Origin: Candidatus Thorarchaeota archaeon
GTDB lineage: Archaea; Asgardarchaeota; Thorarchaeia; Thorarchaeales; Thorarchaeaceae
Direction of reading: 5' to 3'
Assembly (NCBI GenBank): GCA_019057475.1
Contig: DXJO01000011.1
Span: forward strand, 1-17,914
DNA length: 17,914 nt
Shown here one piece after another: positions 1-9,066 of this stretch (positions are counted from its first letter, which is position 1; each line of letters begins with the position of its first letter). The notes below the pieces were generated by a model, which searched no databases, was not told where the DNA came from, and worked only from the letters and a program-made list of their open reading frames with translations. The position numbers were made by a program, and so were the translations under genes.

Positions 1-199
1 ACTGAGCGACACCAATGTAGGAGTTCTCTGACTGAAGCTGTTTTGCATAGTATTCCTTCGTTGGTTGAGTGACATCCGGAGCATACTGGAAACGCGGCTC
101 AAGCCTAGCATGAAAGCGAGCAGACTCAATCCATAACTCTACAATGGACTCAAGATCATCAATACTTCCAGGTCTAAAGCGGAAACTGTTTCCTGTCAT
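1..199 (-). CDS. GNAT-family N-acetyltransferase, N-terminal part (runs off window start)
   Basis: Not in ORF track. ATG at 199 gives MTGNSFRFRPGSIDDLESIVELWIESARFHARLEPRFQYAPDVTQPTKEYYAKQLQSENSYIGVAQ, a typical GNAT start (R-P-x-x-x-x-D-L-x-x-I-x-x-L-W ... hydrophobic-V-A). Confidence 0.8.
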   Translation of the reverse strand, partial: MTGNSFRFRPGSIDDLESIVELWIESARFHARLEPRFQYAPDVTQPTKEYYAKQLQSENSYIGVAQ

Positions 200-269
200 A
201 AGGACCACAACAGGAGGGCTCAGAGCACTCTATATCTTTGGTTATCAGTGTGGATAAGAAAGAGAGTTC

Positions 270-296
270 GAAGGAGGGCCTTGCAGCCCTTCCTTC
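270..296. other. Intergenic GC-rich hairpin
   Basis: gaaggagggc (270-279) pairs with gcccttccttc (286-296) with one bulge; lies between the deaminase gene end and the GNAT start. Confidence 0.35.
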
Positions 297-585
297 AGAA
301 ACTAGTTGCATTAGATGCATCTGTGAATGACTTCGGGTCCTGCCTCATCGAACTCCTTGCGGTGGGGGGGCGCTGAAAATCGCCATCAGCATTAGTCATA
401 GAGTGGCACAGTGGCGGCCGTACAATCTACGCCAATAACGATTATGGGGGCAACAAGGCCCTCAGCTGTGCTGTATTCACCGGAACCCCGATAGGTCCGG
501 TCTTCGTTAGCGGGCATTGTGACAGAAGTCGTGCTGCTGAAGGTGATTCTTCCGTCCACCCAATTGGCTTGTCTAAGCTAGCCGA

Positions 586-1641
586 CTACACAGCCCTCAG
601 CTTCTTGTGCCGCTGCATACAACGGCGGGTCTCCGTTTCTCGTCCGCACTCACGCCATGCTTGCGCCAGTTTAAGCCATGCTTGAGCGTGCCACTGAGAT
701 GGCTCTGGGTCAAGTCCAAATGCCCTCTCAAGGTACTGCCCAGCTTTCTGCAGAGGGCCCGTGAGTATCTTCTTTGCATCATTCTGCTTTCTGAAAATCT
801 CGATCTGAGCCAGACCTCTTCCTATCCATCCCATAGGGTTGGAGGGGCTAATGATAGTGGTAACTCTGAAAGCGCATCCTCCAAGAGCCACCTCGCCACA
901 ATCAAAGAGAAGAGCTCCCAGCTCGAACCAGTCCATGTCGTCTTCCGACTCAAATGTCAGTATTCTCTCATTGATATGAATCAGATCTTTGAGCAGTGAC
1001 CGGCTTCTTTGGGAAAGAAACCCGGCGCTATTAAGAATACGAATCTCAGATTCAACGTATCTCTGAATCTTACTCAATTCGGTGGCGAAATTTCCCCTTT
1101 GCCTGCTGACAGATTTGACGTGGTGGAAGAAGGACTCATTCTGAGCTATAGCCTTTTTGGCTAGGTCATCCGGAAACCGCCCGATTAGAATTCCGTCCTC
1201 CTGAAGAGCCCACTCTCCTGCTCCCCTTATACTGGGATTAGGGTCGAGGGTTGCCAACCAGACCTTCCTTATTTGTCGTGCTTTAATCCAAGATACACAT
1301 GGTCTCTTATCGTGCGATCTTGTAGTACAAGGCTCAAGAGTAGTAATAAGATCCGCGCCTTTGACTTCCGCAATCCCCTTTCCCCTCCGTTCTAGTGCGA
1401 TATACTCCGCATGGTCCCCTCTACCAATCTCCCCACGAAAGGCCTCAAGAATCACCTTCCCATCCTTTACAACAACTGCACCCACCTTGGGATGCGGGCA
1501 AGAGTCCTCTGGTTGACACTGATTGGCCAGCTGAATGGCTTTACGAAAATGCTCCGCTCTTACTCCATTTGGATTCCGTGATTTATGCTTCCGACTTACT
1601 GTGAGGACCTCCTTTCTTGTACGATGCTGATATGACAACAA
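586..1641 (-). CDS. Zn-dependent cytidine/deoxycytidylate deaminase-superfamily protein (RibD-like domain, no reductase) fused to C-terminal TPR-like helices
   Basis: PKVGAVVVKDG, HAE, TTLEPC..HDKRPC and DPNP..GAG...L motifs; C-terminus has TPR-like patterns (WFELGALLF, GWIGRGLAQ, YLERAFGLDP, AWLKLAQAW..CG). True start may be slightly downstream. Confidence 0.85.
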   Translation of the reverse strand: MLSYQHRTRKEVLTVSRKHKSRNPNGVRAEHFRKAIQLANQCQPEDSCPHPKVGAVVVKDGKVILEAFRGEIGRGDHAEYIALERRGKGIAEVKGADLITTLEPCTTRSHDKRPCVSWIKARQIRKVWLATLDPNPSIRGAGEWALQEDGILIGRFPDDLAKKAIAQNESFFHHVKSVSRQRGNFATELSKIQRYVESEIRILNSAGFLSQRSRSLLKDLIHINERILTFESEDDMDWFELGALLFDCGEVALGGCAFRVTTIISPSNPMGWIGRGLAQIEIFRKQNDAKKILTGPLQKAGQYLERAFGLDPEPSQWHAQAWLKLAQAWRECGRETETRRCMQRHKKLRAV

Positions 1642-2024
1642 GGAGCATATCAGTTTCTCTCTCCGTCATGCATTAGAGAGTCGTTCTTGTGTGGATGAGC
1701 CATTCCACCGTGTCATAGTATCTTTCGCAGAATGTGTTCACTGTCAACGGCTGGTTTCACTGGAAGCAGAACAATCTCATCTCGCCTGATGTCATCCTGT
1801 GAGCCAGTCAATCAGGACATGTCCTCTTGGGTCTGTAGAGTTTCTTGGGCAACCGGGACCATCCGCTCCAAGCCCCTCCCGAGTTCTAGTTCCCTGACCA
1901 CCTCTAGACTGAGGATGACGACCTTCACTGAATCAACACTATCAGAGAGAGCTATGATGAGGACAAACTACCGGTCTACCCATGCTGGAAGAAGGATGGT
2001 GAGTTCGAGGTCAACGGAGTCCAA

Positions 2025-2396
2025 CTATGATGTAACTACCGACCGTAGCTTTTCAGCCATAGCCCCTCGTTGTAGGCGACCCTCAATCCAGCTGGATATT
2101 TGTTTCATGAAGTCCCAGACACCACCCGCTTGCGGCTTCACATTCCGTTTTTCTGGAATCCGCAGGTAATTCACAAGCCACTTTCTGCCGCTGCCCGGGA
2201 TGTTCGAATATTCAAGCCAGGACTCAAGTTCGCCGACTGGCCCGATGAAAGTACCATGATTAACGTACCGTTCGAGGAGTGATTCTGCATTTAGCTTCAC
2301 TTCGTTGGGAGTGAGATTGAGTCGCTGCAGGTTCTCGTGCGCTGGCTCGCAGGAGAGAGTATTCCCTATCCCGACTTGGTTCGAGGCATGTTCCAC
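2025..2396 (-). CDS. Hypothetical protein
   Basis: 123-aa ORF with protein-like helical composition; no motif recognised; start uncertain. Confidence 0.4.
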   Translation of the reverse strand: MEHASNQVGIGNTLSCEPAHENLQRLNLTPNEVKLNAESLLERYVNHGTFIGPVGELESWLEYSNIPGSGRKWLVNYLRIPEKRNVKPQAGGVWDFMKQISSWIEGRLQRGAMAEKLRSVVTS

Positions 2397-2526
2397 GTCT
2401 CGGCGGACGGGTTCTCATCGTCCGATATCAAGAGAGCAACTGCCGTGGCTGGTGAGGCATTCTCCAGGAAATGAGTTAGATTGAGAAGGGCCTCCAAGTA
2501 GACAAAAAGGGTTGGTTTCGAACCAA

Positions 2527-3525
2527 ATGGTTAATGAGCTTACAGTCCATCATAAATCGACTCTCAAATGGGCTAACTCTCAGGAGGTGGAAGCTTTCGA
2601 GAAACTCGAGAAAAGGATTAGAAGAATTGGCACCTATTCCGCAGGTGGCTTCGATACACTTGGATTTCCTGGACTCTTTTCTACGAAAATTGGTCAGAAA
2701 CTCGGACGTCAGCTTGGAGATTTGTCAGCATTTGTGTTCTCTTCGACCTTACTCACATTCCCTGTTGGTAAGCTACAGAGTGCTTGGCTCACTCTTGTAA
2801 GAACAGGGGACATTGAAAAGCTGAAACCAATTTCAGACTCCGAAGAAGACTATGAGAAACTCGTCGAGATGATGACAATTCTCGCTGAATTGCTAGACGA
2901 TGATGAATTGGATTTGAGCCACTTTTTCGGCAGAAGAGAACTAAGACGATTCTTGGCTTTGCTCTCACTTTCGGCGTTCGCATACCTTGATTCCTATGGG
3001 CGGCTACTCATCGACCACATCAAGGAGAACACATTACTTGAGAAGAAGGTGCTTGAATATCTAAAGATGAACGAGGTTCGTAGCAACAAGGATGAGTCCA
3101 ATGTAGAAACACTAGTTCATGTGAAAAACCTAGGAGTCAGCCAACGCTTTGATGTACTAGAGGAATCACTAGACGTCCAAGAGATGTGTAGGAAGGTCTT
3201 CGGTGAAACTGAGTACACACAGAACAAAAAACTGTTCAAGTACTTTATCAAACTCAGAGGTGAAATGACGCACGGTAATCCAGAACCTAGTCTAAGAAAG
3301 TTTGATCATAAGTTTTTCAAGAGAGCTCGGATTGACGTTAAGGAAGCCATTTCCATCCTTCCTGATCTCCATGGTGAAATACCAGAACCACTTTAGGCAC
3401 ACTTCGAGATAATTGAATCCTGGTTCAAGAAGACCTCTTCAACCCTTGCTGTAATATATGCGGTCCCAAAGATGATAGTGGTCTTTGTATCTCTTGTAGA
3501 TGCCGTCGTTGAGTATTGCTCATAA
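2527..3525 (+). pseudogene. HEPN-domain protein (putative RNase effector), apparently interrupted by in-frame TAG at 3394-3396
   Basis: Rx4H motif RGEMTH after an aromatic-rich helix, plus an upstream LSAFAYLDSY helix. After the TAG the frame stays open for 42 codons (AHFEIIESWFKKTSSTLAVIYAVPKMIVVFVSLVDAVVEYCS) to TAA 3523-3525. Confidence 0.6.
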
Positions 3526-3559
3526 CTAGGGCTCTAAAGTCATTTCTCAACCTCTATCA

Positions 3560-3778
3560 TCAGACACCAAAACTCACCATTCTTAACATCCGGAATCCGA
3601 CTGTACAGATACTATTTGGTAGGCATTCACCACAGATCGTAATGGATTCTCCAGCCTCGATGTTGATGTTCTTCCCTGTAATCGCTTGCTCCACGTGCTC
3701 CTTGAATCGTTCCATCAATTCTTTGACTCTAGCACTAGTCCCATGAGGACAGATGTCCGACCTAAGAGGGTGGATCAC
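3560..3778 (-). CDS. Small Cys-containing hypothetical protein or gene fragment
   Basis: 72-aa ORF co-directional with and just downstream of the nuclease gene; CPHG, CGEC and a further C suggest metal binding. Confidence 0.35.
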   Translation of the reverse strand: MIHPLRSDICPHGTSARVKELMERFKEHVEQAITGKNINIEAGESITICGECLPNSICTVGFRMLRMVSFGV

Positions 3779-3814
3779 TCGAAATGAGTGACACCTATTC
3801 TCTCTTAGCTAAAC

Positions 3815-4960
3815 CTACCTCTTCCAAAATGCATTGATGAGCTGCTTGTGCCTGAAACGGGGCCATCTGTGGAATTTATTGGTCACCACAAATGAAACCT
3901 CGCTGAGGTAGCCGTGATGACTTCTTTGGGCGAAGTAACTTCCTGCTTCTGAGCCTGTCTTGTTGAGTGTCCCCAGAGGTTCAGAATATCCTAGAGCAAC
4001 AAATAGAAGGTCTTGATTATCATAAGCAGCTTCTTCAATATAGGACATTGAGAATGGTGTGCGAAAAGGACCGAAATCCGGACCCGTGGAAAGCTGAACG
4101 CCTTCAAGATACACAATACCGGGATTTCCTTGCCGTATCTGTTTACTCTTGGTTACTATCTTCCTGTGGAGCCTACGACCTAAGTTATCTGCCAGATCAG
4201 GACCTTTCAGTATCATTTTTGAGTCCATACCATGTGCTTGTTTCCATTTCACTACCTTATCTGTCAAGGCCTTAGGTGCAAAACAGAACTCAGCCACATC
4301 TTCAATCTCTATCTTTATTATTCGGTCCTGTTGGCGAGCTTGTGCTATTGCCTCCCTCACTTGTTGCATTATATGCTCTGCATGAGTTTTTGAGAGGGTT
4401 CTGTGGACAATTCCTCCCCCAGACATTCTCAGTGGATCCATCACAGTAGATAGTCTCCAGAAGATATCGCGTTGAATGGTGACATTCAGGGGTTGTTTCA
4501 GCACAGAAACTTCTACTCCCACACGACGCCTATCATGTCTGACTGAGATATCGGGAGTCCTCTCTCTTTGAGTAGGAAGACGAAACTCGAATTGGAGACC
4601 TTCTCGTAGCAGCTTGCAGGCAGCATTGACCTCAGCCATCGCAGACATGTCCTGTTCTCCGGACCGAATTCGTTCCAACACTCCAGTGAAGTTTGGTACG
4701 CTCGACAGGTTCCTCAATTTATACCCAATCTGAGCATAATGGAATTTGACCCAAGGAACGTTATTGCTCATACTCCAGAATAGGCTTGAAAACCATGGAT
4801 GCCTGGTTGTCCATGCTTTTTCTAACCACCCCTCCCCCATCGCAGAGCGAAGGTGATTCCATCCGCTAGTGAGGTATGCCTTCTTTGCTCTGGATAGCTC
4901 ATCCAATCGGTTGATTCGTTGCAGATGCTCTTCCCACGAGATCATCGGCTGCACCTTCAT
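3815..4960 (-). CDS. PD-(D/E)XK restriction-endonuclease-fold protein
   Basis: AMAEVNAACKLLREG helix, then RTPDISV and VGVEVS (PD...E-x-S variant); strong RBS AGGAGG upstream of ATG 4960. Confidence 0.7.
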   Translation of the reverse strand: MKVQPMISWEEHLQRINRLDELSRAKKAYLTSGWNHLRSAMGEGWLEKAWTTRHPWFSSLFWSMSNNVPWVKFHYAQIGYKLRNLSSVPNFTGVLERIRSGEQDMSAMAEVNAACKLLREGLQFEFRLPTQRERTPDISVRHDRRRVGVEVSVLKQPLNVTIQRDIFWRLSTVMDPLRMSGGGIVHRTLSKTHAEHIMQQVREAIAQARQQDRIIKIEIEDVAEFCFAPKALTDKVVKWKQAHGMDSKMILKGPDLADNLGRRLHRKIVTKSKQIRQGNPGIVYLEGVQLSTGPDFGPFRTPFSMSYIEEAAYDNQDLLFVALGYSEPLGTLNKTGSEAGSYFAQRSHHGYLSEVSFVVTNKFHRWPRFRHKQLINAFWKR

Positions 4961-4979
4961 TGTTTCCTCCTTTGGCGGC

Positions 4980-5010
4980 CAATCAGGAGCTGTAAAAGGT
5001 ATCCTGATTG
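4980..5010. promoter_or_regulatory. Inverted repeat (operator-like) over the likely promoter of the nuclease gene
   Basis: Perfect 9-bp arms caatcagga / tcctgattg around a 13-nt spacer that reads TTTTACA on the minus strand, about 31-37 nt upstream of ATG 4960. Confidence 0.45.
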
Positions 5011-5099
5011 ATCTTTGGCAAGTAAGTTAGCTACTTTGTGAAGGGATTGACAATATACTTTACCTCCCATTCCTAACTCCTGAAAGATACTTGTAGCAC

Positions 5100-5105
5100 T
5101 TTATA
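5100..5105 (+). promoter_or_regulatory. Archaeal TATA box for a leaderless gene at 5134
   Basis: TTTATA about 30 nt upstream of ATG 5134; no RBS. Confidence 0.45.
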
Positions 5106-5133
5106 GGTCTATCATTGACATACAACATCTGAG

Positions 5134-5685
5134 ATGTCGTTCCAGTCAGCTGACAAGATCAAAGGCCGCATAGTCGTCCCAACAGGTGCCCTTCCACTGG
5201 ACTCGCTGCTTTCCGGTGGTCTCGAGCTGGGACTCACCTACCTGCTCTACGGAGATAAGATCACTTGCGACATTCTACTCCGCATCGCCATCCATGCACA
5301 ACTCACGGTTTGTAAAATAGACCGTGATAGAGCAGAGGAGAGATTGCTTAAGTCCATACGAAGCACAGGCACAGAAACTAATGTGGAACAGGTCACTGTT
5401 TTTCTTAGTTTCTCCTCATTCCAAGGCCGCCATGGCTGCTTGTTTTATGAGAATCTTTCTTCATATAACCTGTACTTGTTTGGTGTCAGGCTTGACACGT
5501 TGGCAGGGATGGATCTTAGTCTGAAGGTCACTTTCAGGTCGATTCAAGAACTTGATGACTTTCTTGAGTCGAGATTCAGGAGATTACTTCTTGAAGGAAT
5601 GGAATCAGAGGAAGAATCAGCTACATCATCAAAGCAACTCAATGTTATGAATGAGGTTCGGGGAATGGTTTTGTTGAAGTCCTAA
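5134..5685 (+). pseudogene. Chimeric ORF: N-terminal ~57 aa of a RadA/RecA-like paralog fused to an unrelated C-terminal segment (possibly Lrp/AsnC ligand-binding-like)
   Basis: PTGALPLDSLLSGGLELGLTYLLYG is the RecA/RadA/KaiC N-terminal signature but no GxxxxGKT follows; similarity stops at ~5303. Tail GMDLSLKVTFRSIQELDDFLESRF resembles an AsnC/RAM domain. Confidence 0.55.
5303..5327. other. 9-7-9 inverted repeat at the chimera junction (possible recombinase core site)
   Basis: tcacggttt-gtaaaat-agaccgtga; arms 8/9 complementary. Confidence 0.4.
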
Positions 5686-6824
5686 TGTAGAAGGAATTCT
5701 TCAAGGTCAGAATTGAATTGTCCTTGTGTAATATCCAATAGAGCAGCGAAGGTGGCTATCTTGCTTTCCTTGGATAGTTTCTTCTCGAGTAAATCCTGTC
5801 TTGCTTGAGATATTGAATGAAAATTGTGTCCAACACTCCCCCACCCCAATATTATGTCAACAGAGGTTTCCATAGCTCGCAGTATCTTCTTATCAAACGC
5901 AAGTTTATTGGGAATTGGAGAAGCTTGATGTGAGTCAATAAAAGATTGAACTCCATCGCTGGAGTATCTTTCATCTGAGAGAGCATCGTGTAAGAAAGAA
6001 CGAGTAGCCATCATGTTACGTTGTTGAGGAGTCCAGTCTTCGATATGCTTGATAGAGTCACTGTTAAACGATTCTTCTCTTAGATACTTTACGAGTCTAT
6101 TCTTCATCAAGCTAAGTCGAATATTCATTGGTGGATGTGTAATAGTACCTATCTCCCAAGGTATTTCGAAACGGTTAGTGCTGTTTTTCATGACTACGAA
6201 TTTACTGGGACCAAGCAATGCAACCGAATAGGCATCGGCTACGAATTCTTGTAGCCAATGATCAATCCATTGCATGCGCACACGTGAAGAAAGCTCTAAA
6301 TTGATTTCCTCCATTTTCTTGATGACTGGTTTATTGATAAGCTCCAAAGCTTGTCTAATACGATTTTCCTCTGTCAAGAATTCTCTACACAAAATGTGTC
6401 CGACTTCATGAGCTAATGCCGAGGATCCTGCGAAACTGTTTTCCAATAGATATGAGCACTCAATAAAATATTCGAATCCTTTCCTTACAGGAAACTGAAT
6501 CAAGAAGTTCGTATCTGATAGTAATACCATAGGTGTTGGTTTGCTAGGGATTTGAGAAGCCATCTCGTCAGTGAGATGTTGCAGAAATGAGATGGCCTCT
6601 CGGTAGGGTGATTTGTTTCTGTATGAATTCCAACTATCTAATAATGATATTAATCTTTCAAAACTTCCATGCAAGTTCTGGTATACAGAAAGAGTGTCTT
6701 CTAATACAGCGTTTTTATTGTCATCTATCAATTTTAATTTGCGGTCTAGAAAATCATCTGTCCCGCGATATTTACTCACGAGTGTGAAATACTCCTCCAT
6801 TATTGCAGTTCGGCTTTGACCCAT
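5682..6824 (-). CDS. Soluble HExxH zinc metallopeptidase (M48/HtpX-type motifs, Lit/U49-like)
   Basis: LAHEVGH, QEFVADAYSVALLGP and THPPMNIRL give the HExxH...ExxAD...THP...R series; no obvious TM helices; visibly AT-richer than neighbours. Confidence 0.75.
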   Translation of the reverse strand: MGQSRTAIMEEYFTLVSKYRGTDDFLDRKLKLIDDNKNAVLEDTLSVYQNLHGSFERLISLLDSWNSYRNKSPYREAISFLQHLTDEMASQIPSKPTPMVLLSDTNFLIQFPVRKGFEYFIECSYLLENSFAGSSALAHEVGHILCREFLTEENRIRQALELINKPVIKKMEEINLELSSRVRMQWIDHWLQEFVADAYSVALLGPSKFVVMKNSTNRFEIPWEIGTITHPPMNIRLSLMKNRLVKYLREESFNSDSIKHIEDWTPQQRNMMATRSFLHDALSDERYSSDGVQSFIDSHQASPIPNKLAFDKKILRAMETSVDIILGWGSVGHNFHSISQARQDLLEKKLSKESKIATFAALLDITQGQFNSDLEEFLLH

Positions 6825-7010
6825 CCTATCGTCACATCTGTATCAGTGTAATTTATGAAATCTTTTGAATTCTGTTATCTATCATTCTCCTTCACTGCGA
6901 TTGGCGGACCTAGCATTCTTGCAGCTAGACCCAGGAAGGGTCTTACGCGCACGCGGATGCAAGGGGCCAACTACCTTGCCAATGTCCGGGTCATAATTGA
7001 GTACAACGCG

Positions 7011-7640
7011 CTAGTCCTCTGCGGGTTCCGCGAGATCTTGTTTCTCTTTCGCGGCTTCTACGACCACCTCTTTAGAACTGGACTGAACCGGCTTGGATTC
7101 CAGAGCTGTTGCATCCTTGTCCCACCGCTGCTTTCATTCGTCCATTTGCTGCCACGGTGTGGTGATCTCCGGCGGTGGCCTAAGCTTCATAATCACAAGT
7201 CCTGTCAAGAAGAGGATTGGGATTGGCCCGAACAGTGGGACCAAGATCTGACTGGGGTCAGGACTGGAAACCGACTGCCCTATCATCCCAAGATTTGCCA
7301 CTACTAGGACCTGAAGCTCGGATGCAACACCTACAAGGAGTGTATTCAACTTCGTCGTCCTCCCACTGTAGTATCTGACCATTTGATAGGTGAACACTGG
7401 TCGAAGGGAAAGAAGGAGTAGGCCGATCGTCAACATGTAAGGTTGAACCATGACAATCTGTATGTTGTGGTCCCAATAGGATGCCTCCCAAGTCATGGCC
7501 ATAAGTTGCCAATTGAACTCGCGATCGAGATATACCATGAAGAAGGCAGGTCCAAGCAAAGCCACGAAGGTCATTATAAGCATAATACCTCTAGGACACG
7601 ATGTGTCTTGATTGACTTGTGCGGTATCACTCTCTTCCAC
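7011..7640 (-). CDS. Multi-pass membrane protein; TGA at 7134-7136 may be premature
   Basis: Four hydrophobic segments ending PIPILFLTGLVIMKLRPPP..PW. The same frame continues past the TGA for 40 codons as a charged tail (KQRWDKDATALESK...AEPAED) to TAG 7011-7013. Confidence 0.7.
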
Positions 7641-7757
7641 GGATTAATGCACCCCCATCATTTCCGGCATTAGCTCTGTATGCGATTTTGGATATTTGTC
7701 TTTCTGATAGGTTTAATTCCAAATGAACACAATGATATTGGATCAACTGGTGGGTTA

Positions 7758-8084
7758 TTATGGATTAATTATCGAATCAATGCCATGAAAGATTGAAACA
7801 ACTCCAATGACGAACTCCCGTCTAGGAACTTGAGGTACCAACGTTGGTATTATATCGAACAATCTTTTGATTTCCTTCTTCATAAAGCTAGTCACAGATG
7901 ATGGCGAACCAATTTTCTGAAACCACTCCAATGTCATCGTGAGCGAATGGATTGAATACATGATCTGCTTGATAGCATCACTCAGAATCACTGAATCAAT
8001 GTGTTTAGGACTAACATTCCAGACCATTAGAAGCGCATCAATCTCTGCTATTAGCTCCTCACTTTTTCTATTACTGTCGTCCAT
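7758..8084 (-). CDS. Hypothetical helical protein (108 aa)
   Basis: Start reassigned to ATG 8084 (MDDSNRKSEELIAEIDALL...) with a GGGTGGT RBS-like motif upstream; the longer ORF-track extension runs through the repeat element. Confidence 0.6.
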   Translation of the reverse strand: MDDSNRKSEELIAEIDALLMVWNVSPKHIDSVILSDAIKQIMYSIHSLTMTLEWFQKIGSPSSVTSFMKKEIKRLFDIIPTLVPQVPRREFVIGVVSIFHGIDSIINP

Positions 8085-8124
8085 ATGCGAAAACCACCCT
8101 CGTTGTAGAAGAGCATTCATATCA

Positions 8125-8291
8125 AAACTTCGCTCGGGCGAACTTTCCGATCCCGTGGATGCCCTCGATCGGCAAGAATGGATTACCGAAAAACGTAAGC
8201 TTACGGAAACCGTCAATCCTAATCCCCTGTCATTACCAACGTTAGTAACCTTTCAGAGTCGTTTGCCCCCATCTCTTTCTTCTCGGAAATT
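8125..8291 (+). repeat. Copy 1 of a structured ~170-nt repeat element (core 8157-8209)
   Basis: Core 52/53 identical to the reverse complement of 11862-11914; block 8266-8291 matches 11790-11815 at 21/26; hairpins 8129-8142 and 8147-8172, palindrome CGTAAGCTTACG 8194-8205. Confidence 0.9.
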
Positions 8292-8525
8292 ATGCAGTCC
8301 AACTCGACCGGATCACTGGCTTCAGCCTGAGTCGTCACTTCGAGCTACCACACGTTGCTGTTGATATGCAGAACCCAGAGACCATGGAGTACGACACCAC
8401 TCAGAAGCCAATTAAGAAGCATGGATTATTATATAATCGGAACGTCTATCATGTGTATTGGTTCTTCCGTGAAAGTTGGTATGACTACTAATACTAGATA
8501 TCTTCTACCAAGAAGCTGGAGCAGT

Positions 8526-9032
8526 ATGGAGAATTCATCTCGAATCATCGGGGGCATACTCATTCTATGTTTAGCAATTTTTCTATTTTCGGCACCCTTT
8601 GACGGCTTTATGCCGAAAGGTGAAGAAGTCTTCTTTGAAGATGTTAGCTATGGAATCTGGAGTGGTGTCTCCGAGAAACTTGAACTGAAAATAACCGACC
8701 TTGAGACGTGGGAGGGTCTGTGGGCAGAGATGGAGAGTATTTGTGACCCTGTTAGTCCATCGCCCATAATCAACTTTTCAACAAATGTACTCTTTGTGGT
8801 CTTCCAAGGTGAACGTGCCACAAGTGGATATATGACAACCATTACGCGAATTGTCTTGACCACAACAGGGTATGTAGTCTTTATTGATGAGATCCATCCG
8901 GGACCTAACTGTGGTACATTACAGGTGCTTACACAGCCGCATCATATTGTCGTTGCTCCAAGTTCATCTCTGAATCTGCCAGTTCAGTTTGTTTACAACA
9001 TCACGGCTCATGATTGCGATTCTTGGGTCTAA
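8526..9032 (+). CDS. Secreted/anchored protein with PrcB C-terminal-like domain
   Basis: N-terminal hydrophobic helix after ATG 8526; WEGLW, PIINFSTNVLFVVFQGERATSGY and PGPNCGTLQVLTQPHHIV match the PrcB_C pattern. Confidence 0.75.
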   Translation: MENSSRIIGGILILCLAIFLFSAPFDGFMPKGEEVFFEDVSYGIWSGVSEKLELKITDLETWEGLWAEMESICDPVSPSPIINFSTNVLFVVFQGERATSGYMTTITRIVLTTTGYVVFIDEIHPGPNCGTLQVLTQPHHIVVAPSSSLNLPVQFVYNITAHDCDSWV

Positions 9033-9066
9033 GAAACATGTGATGGGTAGTTTAAGGTGAAGGGTT

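Noticed and set aside
249-257. Perfect DnaA box (TGTGGATAA)
   Set aside because: Single copy in an archaeal-looking context with no origin features; likely chance.
586-1641. Calling the deaminase ribD
   Set aside because: No reductase domain, TPR-like tail and no riboflavin gene context.
1714-2169. ORF 1732-2169 (+) and a possible minus-strand continuation of the 2025-2396 gene
   Set aside because: The + ORF is Ser/Thr-rich like a shadow frame; the minus frame has several stops and no recognisable motif, so neither can be supported.
6855-7307. ORF 6855-7307 (+) and other short ORFs antisense to larger genes
   Set aside because: They overlap better-supported genes on the opposite strand and carry no motifs.
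7939-8364. ORFs 7939-8364 (+) and 11788-11979 (-) sharing DRQEWITEKRKLTE
   Set aside because: The shared peptide is a by-product of the nucleotide repeat; the first ORF is antisense to a better gene and the single core difference is non-synonymous.
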